Source: a virus
DNA length: 64,000 bases
IMG/VR virus record: IMGVR_UViG_3300015024_000001
Coordinates: 32,001 to 96,000 of that record
Strand: one strand, 5' to 3'
Shown: one piece after another, positions 19,498 through 29,111 of the stretch
Numbering within the stretch: the stretch's first letter is position 1
Layout of the letters: the number at the start of each line of letters is the position of its first letter
Program-made: the position numbers and the translations under genes
The notes under the pieces: model-generated
Told to the model about the DNA's origin: nothing
Databases searched by the model: none
Seen by the model: only the letters and a program-made list of their open reading frames with translations

Positions 19498-19850
19498 GTC
19501 TCAGTACTTGTTGTATATTTTTGTTTCTTTTGCAAAGATTTACTAATAACATTAGTACCTGCTCCTACAATACCTGTAGTTACAGCACCAATACCTGCTG
19601 CTAATGCTGCTTCTTTTGCTGTTCTTCCACGATTAGCTTTTTTAAAAGATTCAGCAATATCGCCACCAGCAACTTTTAAAGATTCACCTAACATACGACC
19701 TTTAGGTGCATGTAATAAGTTACGTTCTAAATTAGTAACAGCGATACCACCTAACGCACCTTCACCTGCACCAACAACCATATCACGAGGATCGATTATT
19801 TTCTTTTTTTCTTGTTGCTCACTAGCAAAATCACACAATAGATAAGTCAT
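19494..19850 (-). CDS. Gly-zipper protein with MTYLLCDFA leader
   Basis: Shared leader; GAGEGALGG and AAGIGAVTTGIVGAG segments. Confidence 0.6.
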   Translation of the reverse strand: MTYLLCDFASEQQEKKKIIDPRDMVVGAGEGALGGIAVTNLERNLLHAPKGRMLGESLKVAGGDIAESFKKANRGRTAKEAALAAGIGAVTTGIVGAGTNVISKSLQKKQKYTTSTET

Positions 19851-20353
19851 TTTTTACCTCTATATTTATCTTTTAAAATATTACTCCTCTTCCAAACTTT
19901 ATTCTGTAAAAGTTCAGAATCTGGTACAGTTTCTTCCATCATACCACCATAACCTTTATAGGGATCTGTACGAAAACCAAGATAACCATTTTTAGAAGCG
20001 GCAGAGTCATCTGTCTTACGGATATCTGTAAAATTAGGATTTTTAGATTGATCTTGTTTTGGTGTGCCTTTTTCTAGTTTATATTTCTTTTTTAGAATAT
20101 CTTTATCAGCATCAGTTCCACGCCAATATCTACTATTTTGTCTATTATTCTTTAAAGTATCATTAACTGTTTCTTTCATAAGATTAGAAAGTTTAATATC
20201 TTTTTTGTTATGTGTTATATTAGTAACGTATTCTCCTAAGTTAGTAGGTTTATCTAGCTTACCATTTCTGATTTTAGATCCACTAAGTTCGTACAAATTT
20301 TTCAACTGCTTATTAGCTTTTTTAATATAACCAAAATCTACTAAAAACCACAT
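19847..20353 (-). CDS. basic protein with MWFLVDFG leader
   Basis: Likely start 20353, right after the upstream stop; YWRG motif. Confidence 0.55.
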   Translation of the reverse strand: MWFLVDFGYIKKANKQLKNLYELSGSKIRNGKLDKPTNLGEYVTNITHNKKDIKLSNLMKETVNDTLKNNRQNSRYWRGTDADKDILKKKYKLEKGTPKQDQSKNPNFTDIRKTDDSAASKNGYLGFRTDPYKGYGGMMEETVPDSELLQNKVWKRSNILKDKYRGKK

Positions 20354-20354
20354 A

Positions 20355-21470
20355 CTATTTATTTCTCTTATTTTGTAAACTAGAACTGTTCTGTGAAAAC
20401 CAATTGCGTATACCTTTCTGTTTAGGTTTCTTGCTTGTGTAAGAACCACCTTCAGCTTTGTACTTACGTGTTGCTATAGATGCTTTAACAGCTGACCATT
20501 GCCCAGCCACACCTCCTTTATCAGAAGCTTTTGTTTGTGCTACTATGGCACGCCATCTAGGGCTGTTTTTCTCTTTACCAAAATCTACATACTCCCGAGC
20601 TTTATCATACACACCTTGCAAGTCACCGTCACCTTTCTTTTCTATGGTTCTAATTTTCTTGCGTAGTTTAAAAGGTATTTGTGACCACTTTTCTGTTGGT
20701 ATTGATATATGTTGTGAATGTCCAGCATCAAAGTCACATAGAAGGAAAGTGGTACGGGAGAAACCAATACCGAGTGTCTCATACACAGGATGTTTATATC
20801 CAGCTTTGGTTTTTATATATCCAGCAGGTTCTTTGGTGTCAGGATCTATATTAATCTTCTTTTTACCTTTTAATGTGGCTATAACTTGCCTAGGTTCATC
20901 TCCCTGTGTAGGTAGATATAAACCTCCTTTCTTAGCATCAGCACTGTACTTAACATTCTTAGCATAAGTATGTTTACCACCAGATGTTACACTGATAATA
21001 GTTGAAGATTCTTTTAACTTTTTAAGAAGTTTTTCATACTCATCTTTATCTATTTTACCAGCTAAAAAATCGTTAATTACTTTACGTTTATCTACTGTCT
21101 CATTGATTTTAGATATGTTAGATAAATCCAAAGGTTTATCACTTTCTAAGTCTGGATCCCATCTACTTTTACTACGATAAAGATTTGATCGTGTTGTTGC
21201 TGGCTCTAATTTGTTGTTGGAAGGTCTTATAGATTTAGCATAGTCATCTACTTTCATTGTTGGTCTAGCACCAACAACTGATGTAAAAGCTTCGCCATGA
21301 ATATCAACTATAGAAGACTTAGCATTTTTGTTTGTTTTTAAAGGTAAAGGAAGACGAAATACCTTACCTTCAGAACCCATCCAGTCTCTAGTTAATCGCT
21401 TACCATCACGACTTAAACCTGCTGGTCTAGGTACTAAATTCTTCATTTTCTTTAATTGTTCAGGTGTCAT
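20355..21470 (-). CDS. basic two-part protein with internal FLLCDF site and C-terminal DUF5872-like domain
   Basis: KGGVAGQWSAVKA.....KYKAEGGSY...GIRNWF motif; internal leader-like site. Confidence 0.6.
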   Translation of the reverse strand: MTPEQLKKMKNLVPRPAGLSRDGKRLTRDWMGSEGKVFRLPLPLKTNKNAKSSIVDIHGEAFTSVVGARPTMKVDDYAKSIRPSNNKLEPATTRSNLYRSKSRWDPDLESDKPLDLSNISKINETVDKRKVINDFLAGKIDKDEYEKLLKKLKESSTIISVTSGGKHTYAKNVKYSADAKKGGLYLPTQGDEPRQVIATLKGKKKINIDPDTKEPAGYIKTKAGYKHPVYETLGIGFSRTTFLLCDFDAGHSQHISIPTEKWSQIPFKLRKKIRTIEKKGDGDLQGVYDKAREYVDFGKEKNSPRWRAIVAQTKASDKGGVAGQWSAVKASIATRKYKAEGGSYTSKKPKQKGIRNWFSQNSSSLQNKRNK

Positions 21471-21883
21471 ACTCTTTTACTTCCCAATTTTTTGTTGTAT
21501 AGACGATCAACAGCATTGTTGATAGGATCAATTTCTATATTTTTAGTACCAGCTCTTTTACGTACAGAATCCACTGCACCCTTGAACTTATTATCTCTCT
21601 TTGAGAAAGGATTACCAACTAGATTTCGTACTATCAGACGGTCAAGTTTATCTTTACCTTGCATCATACCAGTAACTACTCTACGATTACGTCCTTGAGT
21701 ATCTTTATATTCTTTCTTAAGTAGTTCTAGTCCTTGTCTATTACGCATACTGTCCAACATCATTTGTCGATGGTAAGCTGTAGTATCATTAAATGGCTCT
21801 ATTGATTTACTTATACGTGACCATTTATCCAATATTTTATTATAATTCGGTTCTTTAAAAGCAAACTCAGCTAGTAGGTACAT
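21467..21883 (-). CDS. basic protein with MYLLAEFA leader; paralog of 18692..19147
   Basis: Shared leader and visible full-length alignment. Confidence 0.6.
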   Translation of the reverse strand: MYLLAEFAFKEPNYNKILDKWSRISKSIEPFNDTTAYHRQMMLDSMRNRQGLELLKKEYKDTQGRNRRVVTGMMQGKDKLDRLIVRNLVGNPFSKRDNKFKGAVDSVRKRAGTKNIEIDPINNAVDRLYNKKLGSKRV

Positions 21884-22193
21884 TTTGAGAATCCATATGT
21901 TGTTTTATTTTTAGCCATCTCTCTGTGCTAAACTTTTCTTGGTTAAAATACCACTGTCTTATACCACTATGACCTTTACTTACATTACAGGAACGACAAG
22001 CAGGGATCAAATTTGAGTACTCATCACTACCAAATTTAGCTAGAGGTGTTATGTGGTCTATAGTTAGTTCTTTATGTTTTTGGGTATAACCACAATAAGC
22101 ACATTGATTGTTCCATTCTTCTTTTAGATGTTTACGCATCATTGCGGCATGTTGACGAGGGATATACAACTCAAGACCGCTTTGCATGATCAA
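21867..22193 (-). CDS. HNH endonuclease
   Basis: CAYCG...LTIDHITP...G.....NLIPACRSCN.SKG. Confidence 0.9.
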   Translation of the reverse strand: MIMQSGLELYIPRQHAAMMRKHLKEEWNNQCAYCGYTQKHKELTIDHITPLAKFGSDEYSNLIPACRSCNVSKGHSGIRQWYFNQEKFSTERWLKIKQHMDSQNVPTS

Positions 22194-22408
22194 ACTCCAA
22201 ATATAATCTGAACTTATAGTTTAATTATAACCTATAACTGATAAATCCCCTACTTGACTGCGTTTTGCCCGTTTGTCCTGAATATATATTACAATAAAAG
22301 AAAAATACATATGTCAAATAGTAAGTTTCTCATATTAAAAATCTTTTCGATGAAGAAGCCCAACAAAAAGCTGGCAAGTCAAGCAAGAGTTAGGTGGATT
22401 TGATTAAA

Positions 22409-23674
22409 TCAAGCCAAAACCTCATGAGCTTTATTATAATAAGCTATGCGGTCGTCTATACCGTTGAGTCCTCCGTTGACAACTCTTGTGACCATATAGA
22501 TGTCAGCACCTTCCTTATTAATATAATCAGACAGTGTGTTTTTATTCCAAAACCAACCAGCGCTAGTGAAGGGATAGTTATCAGCTACATAATAACAACC
22601 TTGTTTAATAACTTCAGGATCGTTTATATCTTTTGAGAAACTCGTATAATTTCCACGTCCTGTTAATTGTATAAAACCTGAACCTTTAAATTTACAACCA
22701 TCACCTTTTTGTGTGTTACCTAAATCTTCACGACCTTCATAATCATCACCTGAAGCTATTTCCTTAGTATAAATAAGACCTGCAGATTCAGCCCCAACTT
22801 GCCCTAAGAACTGGCAAACATCTTCATGGGTGTTTATACCAAAAGTCTGCAAACACCTCTTAAAATCGATATACAAGGCATCTGATAGCGTATTATTATA
22901 TATATCTTCTAGTTGTGCTTTTGTTGGTATAAAATCCGTAGAAAAAGAAATTAATTGATCATCTTTATATAGAGAAACATGTTCAGCAAAAGCATATAAA
23001 ATACCAAGTATACTATTACAATTTAATTTTATATGTTTTTGAGATGGTGCTTCATAGCTAGTAATGGATAGTGATTGACCAGAAGCTATTGAAATTTTTT
23101 CATTAGAACTTAGTAAAGAAGAATCAATAGGTTTGGTTTTAAACCATGTCTTTTGATTAGCTTTTACGTACAACCCTGTAGTGTTTTGTTCTTGGCTACT
23201 ACTTGCCGAAGATTTTCCCAGCAAATTAGTTGGGTTAATAATATCATCAGCTATTTCAGCAATTGTATTAATAGTTGGATCTTTTGTTATTGAATTAACA
23301 ATAGATTCAGCAGGTTTTTCTACAACTTGTGTTACCGTTGTAATAATATTAGCGGGTTGATCTTGTACAGCTACAATAGGTACAACAGGTACTACAGGAA
23401 TTTCTACAATAGCAGGTTGCATAACAGCTACTTTTACAACATCTGTCTTATCACGTCCAATAATACCTTTAGGTGTATAAATATTAGGCTCTACTAATTT
23501 TAAAGTAGCAGCAACTCCAGTAGCAATAACAGATGAAATCAAGTGTTCTATATCTTTACGACTTAAATTACCATCAATTGCAGAATCAATAGCTGGTTGA
23601 CAACTAGTTATATAGAATAAACCGATAACTGTCCAAAAATGTTTAGTAGTAAATAAATTACGTTGTTCTAACAT
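22409..23674 (-). CDS. endolysin, glycoside hydrolase family 19, with N-terminal membrane segments
   Basis: FLGQVGAES, YEGREDLGN...GDG.KFKG.G.IQLTGR.NY, SAGWFW, VTRVVNGGLNG..DR. Confidence 0.9.
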   Translation of the reverse strand: MLEQRNLFTTKHFWTVIGLFYITSCQPAIDSAIDGNLSRKDIEHLISSVIATGVAATLKLVEPNIYTPKGIIGRDKTDVVKVAVMQPAIVEIPVVPVVPIVAVQDQPANIITTVTQVVEKPAESIVNSITKDPTINTIAEIADDIINPTNLLGKSSASSSQEQNTTGLYVKANQKTWFKTKPIDSSLLSSNEKISIASGQSLSITSYEAPSQKHIKLNCNSILGILYAFAEHVSLYKDDQLISFSTDFIPTKAQLEDIYNNTLSDALYIDFKRCLQTFGINTHEDVCQFLGQVGAESAGLIYTKEIASGDDYEGREDLGNTQKGDGCKFKGSGFIQLTGRGNYTSFSKDINDPEVIKQGCYYVADNYPFTSAGWFWNKNTLSDYINKEGADIYMVTRVVNGGLNGIDDRIAYYNKAHEVLA

Positions 23675-23689
23675 TTTAATTTCCTCCTT

Positions 23690-24409
23690 TTAATTTTTAT
23701 TTTCTTTCTTTTTACGATTGGCTAATGCTAAAGCAGTTCCAACACCAGCAATACCTAACACACCTGCACCGAGAGCTAATCCAAGACCTATACCACCTTT
23801 ACCTTTAGGTTTGACTGCTTCTGTTACTGTCTTTACTTTAGATGTATCAAATTTAACTTGAGGTATATCTAATTTGATATCAGGTACTTTTGTAAACTTC
23901 TTAGCAAGCTTTGTTTGAGCTTTACTTACAGATTGTACTTTAATATCTTTACTTGGACTCTTCGGTGTGAGTATATCTTTAGGATCTAATTTATTCTTTT
24001 TCTCTCCAATAGTTGAGGCTGATTGTGGTATATATTTACCTGTTGATATTTTAGAATCATTGATAATTTTATTACCCTTTTCAGATTTCAGTTGCATACC
24101 AGCAGTATTACTATTGTCAGTATATTTAGTTTTTCGAGGTAGTTGTATATTGTCGTCTGCTAACTGATAAGGTGCTAGAATTTTACCTTTAGTACCGAAA
24201 ACTTTGGTTCGTGCTTCAAGAGGGTCAGCATCTCTTAAATTCTTACGGTTTCGTAAGAACCTTTCTGATACATCTTTATTAGATGGATTAACACCTACTT
24301 CGTCCACAGTCATACGTTTTGCTGTTTTTAACTCAGCTTCACGTTTCTTTTTTTTATTCTCTTTATTACCAAAGGTTGCATAAGGCAACATATTAGCTAG
24401 TATAAACAT
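23690..24409 (-). CDS. basic protein with C-terminal Gly-zipper helix and ATF leader variant
   Basis: MFILANMLPYATFG; GGIGLGLALGAGVLGIAGVG. Confidence 0.6.
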   Translation of the reverse strand: MFILANMLPYATFGNKENKKKKREAELKTAKRMTVDEVGVNPSNKDVSERFLRNRKNLRDADPLEARTKVFGTKGKILAPYQLADDNIQLPRKTKYTDNSNTAGMQLKSEKGNKIINDSKISTGKYIPQSASTIGEKKNKLDPKDILTPKSPSKDIKVQSVSKAQTKLAKKFTKVPDIKLDIPQVKFDTSKVKTVTEAVKPKGKGGIGLGLALGAGVLGIAGVGTALALANRKKKENKN

Positions 24410-24412
24410 ATA

Positions 24413-24946
24413 TTATTCTATCTCAGAAATAACTATAGAAGTGTCAGCCCAACTTTTGCCGAAGCCCAATTTCTGCCATTTATCGAGGTCAGCCATAGAA
24501 GAGAAAGTAGTACCATTAGATAAAGCCTCAACGAGTTTTTCTGCAGTCTTACGTGAAACATAAGGTAGTGATGCTAGTTCATCAACAGTTGCTATCTTTA
24601 ATGTAATTTGTTTTGCACCTTGCACTACATGGTCAGGTGAATTAAGACTTGTAAGATCAATAACAGTAGGTTGTACTTCAGCAATAGTCTCTGCTTGTCC
24701 ATAAGAAGGTTGAAAATGTTGTTCAATAACATTTTTATTAGCAACTGGATTATAATGAGATTCAATTACATTTCTTTCTATGTGGCTTAATTCTGGTGCT
24801 AAAATTGTACCATGATCAACTAATGTTGCAAAAGTTGACTGTAGTGCAAGTTGAGGTAACTCAGATTCAAAATAAGGTTTGGAACGTTGTTGGTAAACAG
24901 AACCATCTTGAGTTACAAATGTACGATGTAAAATATATTTACGCAT
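24413..24946 (-). CDS. helix-hairpin-helix (ComEA-like) protein
   Basis: IATVDELASLPYVSRKTAEKLVE....FSSMADL. Confidence 0.7.
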   Translation of the reverse strand: MRKYILHRTFVTQDGSVYQQRSKPYFESELPQLALQSTFATLVDHGTILAPELSHIERNVIESHYNPVANKNVIEQHFQPSYGQAETIAEVQPTVIDLTSLNSPDHVVQGAKQITLKIATVDELASLPYVSRKTAEKLVEALSNGTTFSSMADLDKWQKLGFGKSWADTSIVISEIE

Positions 24947-25196
24947 TAGGGTTATTTAAGATATTGTTAGTTTGTGCAATATTAGGTTGCGGTGTCGGTA
25001 CAGTATAAGTTTTCTTTTTTCCTTTACCAATTAAAGGTGCAGCTATATCATCAGCGACTGGTGCTATAGCTTTTCCAATACTTGCAAGAAAAGAACCTCC
25101 AGAATTTGTAACTGGTGTCGCTACTTTCTGTCCTATAGCTTCTCCAGCATCTTCTATTAATGTGGTGGCTATGCCAAAATCAGATATTATGTGCAT
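24939..25196 (-). CDS. small protein with MHIISDFG leader
   Basis: Shared leader motif. Confidence 0.55.
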   Translation of the reverse strand: MHIISDFGIATTLIEDAGEAIGQKVATPVTNSGGSFLASIGKAIAPVADDIAAPLIGKGKKKTYTVPTPQPNIAQTNNILNNPNA

Positions 25197-25317
25197 ATAT
25201 TAATTTCCAATCTGTACCTTGTAATTTATATAAATTAGTTGGTTCTTGTTTTTGTGCTAGTGATGTAATACGGATAGGTAAAGGTAATCTTATTACTGAA
25301 CCTTGTTTATGTAGCAT
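25180..25317 (-). CDS. small hypothetical protein (45 aa)
   Basis: MLHKQGSVIRLPLPI... read manually; below the ORF-track cutoff. Confidence 0.35.
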   Translation of the reverse strand: MLHKQGSVIRLPLPIRITSLAQKQEPTNLYKLQGTDWKLIYAHNI

Positions 25318-25353
25318 TGTATTTTATAAGTAACTATATCTATTATATCTTAT

Positions 25354-25476
25354 TTATGTATTTCGTGTACTACTACCTTCTGTTTTTTTAGGTGGCTCTC
25401 TTGGAGTAGGTGTAAAATCGCCAATACCTATAATTATAATAAGAACTACTGAAATAAAACTGTAGGTTTTTCTCAT
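25354..25476 (-). CDS. small signal-peptide/TM peptide (40 aa)
   Basis: MRKTYSFISVVLIIIIGIGDFTPTPREPPKKTEGSSTRNT read manually; TATAAT upstream. Confidence 0.45.
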   Translation of the reverse strand: MRKTYSFISVVLIIIIGIGDFTPTPREPPKKTEGSSTRNT

Positions 25477-25535
25477 AAGACTTTTATTTTTATTATAACT
25501 TATAAAGATACTTATATGCTATATACAGCATATAA

Positions 25536-25567
25536 AAATAAAGTAGACTTTTACATCTACTTTATTT
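25536..25567 (-). terminator. terminator after major capsid gene
   Basis: AAATAAAGTAGA..TCTACTTTATTT inverted repeat with A/T tails. Confidence 0.65.
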
Positions 25568-25586
25568 AATATATTTAAAACTATTA

Positions 25587-26720
25587 CTAAGAAATCTTAC
25601 GACTCAAACCAAATTTACTGCATTCAACAGAAACTGGTAAGATTCTAGCAAGTACTTCACTTACATCCTTGCTTTGAACAAGTAGATCTTGATATGTGCG
25701 TTGATATATACCAGCTGCAGCATTATTTTCAATAACTCCACCCATAGCTTTAAGGATCTTACCTTTCTTAATGAAACAGTAGCGATCAGTATTCAAAAAG
25801 CGAATATTACCACCAGAAGTACCGGGAGTTACGTCCATTTCTGTACGTTCATCAAATGTACTAATTTTAGGTATACCACGAGCTTCAAGAACAGCTTGCA
25901 GACGCTCAGGAGCAACAACACCTTGTAATGCAGCACCACCATCTAAGAATAAGCTAGAAGCTGCTTCTTTAGTAGATTTCTGTTGTAACAATTCTTGCCA
26001 AACCTTACGTGACATAACAATGGCATCAGGAGCCATACCAGTTGAATCATAATACAAGTTAATGTCATTATAGATGTCTTGAATACCATTAGCTGTTGCA
26101 CGATTAGCAGCTGTCCAAGGAATATCAACAACAGCAGTAGGAAAGTGATCTCCTGCTGTAATCAATGAAGAATCTTTCCAATCTAGGTCAACACTCATCT
26201 GAGTACGAGGATCTACATAATTAACAGCACCAAATTGAATAACTTGCCAAGTCATATATTCCAATAGTTCGCCAACAGAACGTACTAGACCTGAGAGATT
26301 ACCAAATAATAAAGCAGCAAGACTGTTATTAGAACCTTCAATGACTTTACCATCAGCACCCATCATATTTTGTACATAGATACCACGAGCTTCTGCTAGT
26401 TCAATAGCATCACGTAGATTCCATTGGTCTTCTTCGTCATATTCATGTCTAAGACCAACCTTGAAGGATTCAGCAGTGATCTTACGAAATTGACCCTTAC
26501 GAGTTGAAGGGATAGCTCCGTTAGGTGCTACAACAGAAGCCATCGTATTAATCTGCTTTGTAATGTAAGCTAAGAAGTTACGATTATCGTATGTCTTAGT
26601 CTCTACATATTGATCTAACCATTTAGATCTTTGTTGAAGTTCCCACAAAGTTTCGTCAACAACCATATCTGCTTGACGGCTTTGGAGTTCTTCGTTTAGC
26701 CAAGTGCTAATATAAGACAT
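25587..26720 (-). CDS. major capsid protein (lambda gpE-like, HK97 fold)
   Basis: 377 aa; MASVVAPNGAIP, LEYMTWQVIQFG, G..PDAIVMSRKVW; strong RBS; follows protease/scaffold/decoration genes. Confidence 0.9.
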   Translation of the reverse strand: MSYISTWLNEELQSRQADMVVDETLWELQQRSKWLDQYVETKTYDNRNFLAYITKQINTMASVVAPNGAIPSTRKGQFRKITAESFKVGLRHEYDEEDQWNLRDAIELAEARGIYVQNMMGADGKVIEGSNNSLAALLFGNLSGLVRSVGELLEYMTWQVIQFGAVNYVDPRTQMSVDLDWKDSSLITAGDHFPTAVVDIPWTAANRATANGIQDIYNDINLYYDSTGMAPDAIVMSRKVWQELLQQKSTKEAASSLFLDGGAALQGVVAPERLQAVLEARGIPKISTFDERTEMDVTPGTSGGNIRFLNTDRYCFIKKGKILKAMGGVIENNAAAGIYQRTYQDLLVQSKDVSEVLARILPVSVECSKFGLSRKIS

Positions 26721-26737
26721 TTTTTAATTCTCCTAAT

Positions 26738-27616
26738 TTAATAAAAAACAAATCGGTTGAGACGACGTTTAATGTCCTCATCAACATAAGGTAAATTAAC
26801 AGTATAAATACCTGTATCACAACCAAAACAAGGTGCAATATCTACAGAAGGTTTAGTCATAAAATCGATACCATGACAATATACGCCAAGTAGATTTGTA
26901 AAACGAACTCCAATACGCGCACCAACTGGTACATCTAAACTAGAATTAGCTGTAAGAGTGATAACACCTGTTACAGATACAAAAGCAATAACACCAATAA
27001 CAGTGTTACTAATAGTTAGAGTAGATCCAGAAGCAGTTGAAACACCAGCAACAGAAGCTGCAGTATCATCAACATTACGAGCAGCAGAAGTCAATGTACG
27101 TGCTGTAGAACCATCTTTACCGTATAGATAAACAGTAGCGTTCATTGCGACAGCCTTAACTAAGCCACTAATATTAGGATTATCATTAATAGCATTAGCA
27201 ACAGTAGTAGCAATATCTGTATTAATAGCTGAACCAGTTACAACAAGAACAGAATAACCATCAACAGTTACTTTAACGGTTTCTGTTGTTAAATACGTAC
27301 CACTAAGAACAATACTTCCATAAGGTTCTACGATATATAAAGAATCACCTGTTTTAAAAGTGTTATATGGTAATGCTACAGTACCAATCGTTGCAGCTAC
27401 AGAAAATGCACTAGTTACTAAAGAACGAGCTAAGAAACGTACAGCATTACCTGTTTGTACAACAAATGAGCCAGCAGGTACAATTTTATAACCATAAGCA
27501 TTAGAAGCAATATCAGTACCAGAGACAACGACTGAACGAGGATATTGCGCTCCGTCTTGATTAAATAGAATAGGGAGATCCTGTACATAAGGACTCTCAC
27601 GCTTGATATAAGACAT
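26738..27616 (-). CDS. head decoration protein
   Basis: Directly upstream of capsid gene; GYKIVPAGSFV start and LPYVD..IK end typical of decoration proteins. Confidence 0.65.
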   Translation of the reverse strand: MSYIKRESPYVQDLPILFNQDGAQYPRSVVVSGTDIASNAYGYKIVPAGSFVVQTGNAVRFLARSLVTSAFSVAATIGTVALPYNTFKTGDSLYIVEPYGSIVLSGTYLTTETVKVTVDGYSVLVVTGSAINTDIATTVANAINDNPNISGLVKAVAMNATVYLYGKDGSTARTLTSAARNVDDTAASVAGVSTASGSTLTISNTVIGVIAFVSVTGVITLTANSSLDVPVGARIGVRFTNLLGVYCHGIDFMTKPSVDIAPCFGCDTGIYTVNLPYVDEDIKRRLNRFVFY

Positions 27617-27626
27617 TTTTTACCTC

Positions 27627-28421
27627 TTATTTATTAAATAAACCAATCGCTTGCAAAGAACGTTTAGCAGTCTCATCCATATGAGAAGAACGCTCTACAG
27701 CAGCAAAATCAACATCTACATTTACATATTGATTAAAGTCCACCAACTTGCCACAACGCTTAAACAATTCAAGAGCAAATTCTATCGCGTGTAGTTGTGT
27801 ATCTATACTGACTCCATTTTTTGAAGCTAACATAGAAAAAGAAGCAACCATATCTTCTTCACGATTAAAGTTAGCCACCAAAGCTTCTTTAGCAATAGGA
27901 GCTAACCAGCCTTGTTCAACTCCGAACTCAGCCCTAGCATTGATATTAGCTAGACGATCTTTAACAGCACTAAATGTTTCAACAGTTGCTAAACGAGCCT
28001 CAAGTTCAGCAACACGTGTGTCACCTGCGGAAAAAGAAGCTGTATTACGTGTATAAGCAGAATAAGCACCAACAGCTTCATATTCTTCTACGTCTTCATA
28101 CTCTTCTTCATACTCATCTTCTAATTCTGCTGTTAAATCAATTAGATTAGCAGAATCCATAGCAATAGCTAACAAACCATTATAAACATCTCGGTTATTA
28201 GTTTGATCAAATACCGATGCCATGATTTCAAAATCTTCTTGTTCAATATCAATTTCAGAAGCTTCGATTAGACCGACGATTTGCTCATCATCTACTTCAA
28301 AACCTTGCTCTTGGAAAGCTGTTGCGATAGTATACAAACCATCATCAACAGTTTCATATTCATCATTGATTAGATCCAATAAGGACTGACCAAATAAATT
28401 TCCTGCTTGAATATTATACAT
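27627..28421 (-). CDS. capsid scaffolding protein
   Basis: Acidic and helical; between protease and capsid genes; many x-[DENS]-F-[AGSN] sites. Confidence 0.65.
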   Translation of the reverse strand: MYNIQAGNLFGQSLLDLINDEYETVDDGLYTIATAFQEQGFEVDDEQIVGLIEASEIDIEQEDFEIMASVFDQTNNRDVYNGLLAIAMDSANLIDLTAELEDEYEEEYEDVEEYEAVGAYSAYTRNTASFSAGDTRVAELEARLATVETFSAVKDRLANINARAEFGVEQGWLAPIAKEALVANFNREEDMVASFSMLASKNGVSIDTQLHAIEFALELFKRCGKLVDFNQYVNVDVDFAAVERSSHMDETAKRSLQAIGLFNK

Positions 28422-28430
28422 TTATACCTC

Positions 28431-29099
28431 TTATTCTACGTTCTTATTCTTTTTACTTAAAGCACTACCAATTGCTGCAATACCAGCACCAGCAGCACCA
28501 AGACGTACAGCCTTACCTGTTAAAGTACGACCAGCGACTTTGTTCAATACGCCTCTAGCACCAATACCACCTTCTTTAAAGCCCATTTTACCGAACTTCT
28601 CAGCACCTTCAGCAAGTGTTTTACCAAAACCTTCAGAAGCCTTACCTTTAGCAATTAAAGCACGTTCAGGATTACCACCAACAGCAGAAATGTCATTAGC
28701 TAAAGTCTTAACTGATTTACGGAAACCTAAACCATCTGCCACACCTTCAATTGATTTCTGACCATTAAGCTTACCTAATGATTCAGTCCTAGCTTTCTTA
28801 GCTGCTATAAAATTATTAGGGGCAGTACTTGCTTTAGCTTTAGCAAAATCTTCACCAGCTTTAACTTTTCTAGCAGCTTTAATTGCCTCATCAGATTGAG
28901 GTGTAACAGGAACAATAGCAGTAGGTGGTTTTGCTTGTGATTGTCTAGATAGTGCATCTAAAGTTGCTTGACGATTTTCATTAGCACTAGGCATACTACG
29001 TGGAGTATACGTTGGTGCTACTGGTGCTTCAACTACTTTCTTTTTACGAGCAAAGTTTGCTGATTTATTGTACTTAGCGAATGTACCTAATGTACTCAT
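28431..29099 (-). CDS. basic Ala/Gly-rich protein with ANF leader and C-terminal Gly-zipper
   Basis: MSTLGTFAKYNKSANFARK; LGAAGAGIAAIGSAL. Confidence 0.6.
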   Translation of the reverse strand: MSTLGTFAKYNKSANFARKKKVVEAPVAPTYTPRSMPSANENRQATLDALSRQSQAKPPTAIVPVTPQSDEAIKAARKVKAGEDFAKAKASTAPNNFIAAKKARTESLGKLNGQKSIEGVADGLGFRKSVKTLANDISAVGGNPERALIAKGKASEGFGKTLAEGAEKFGKMGFKEGGIGARGVLNKVAGRTLTGKAVRLGAAGAGIAAIGSALSKKNKNVE

Positions 29100-29111
29100 T
29101 TAATTACCTCT

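Noticed and set aside
15057-20748. CATAGAA motif copies at 15057 and 20737
   Set aside because: Explained by codons of the FLCD/LLCD protein motif on the minus strand
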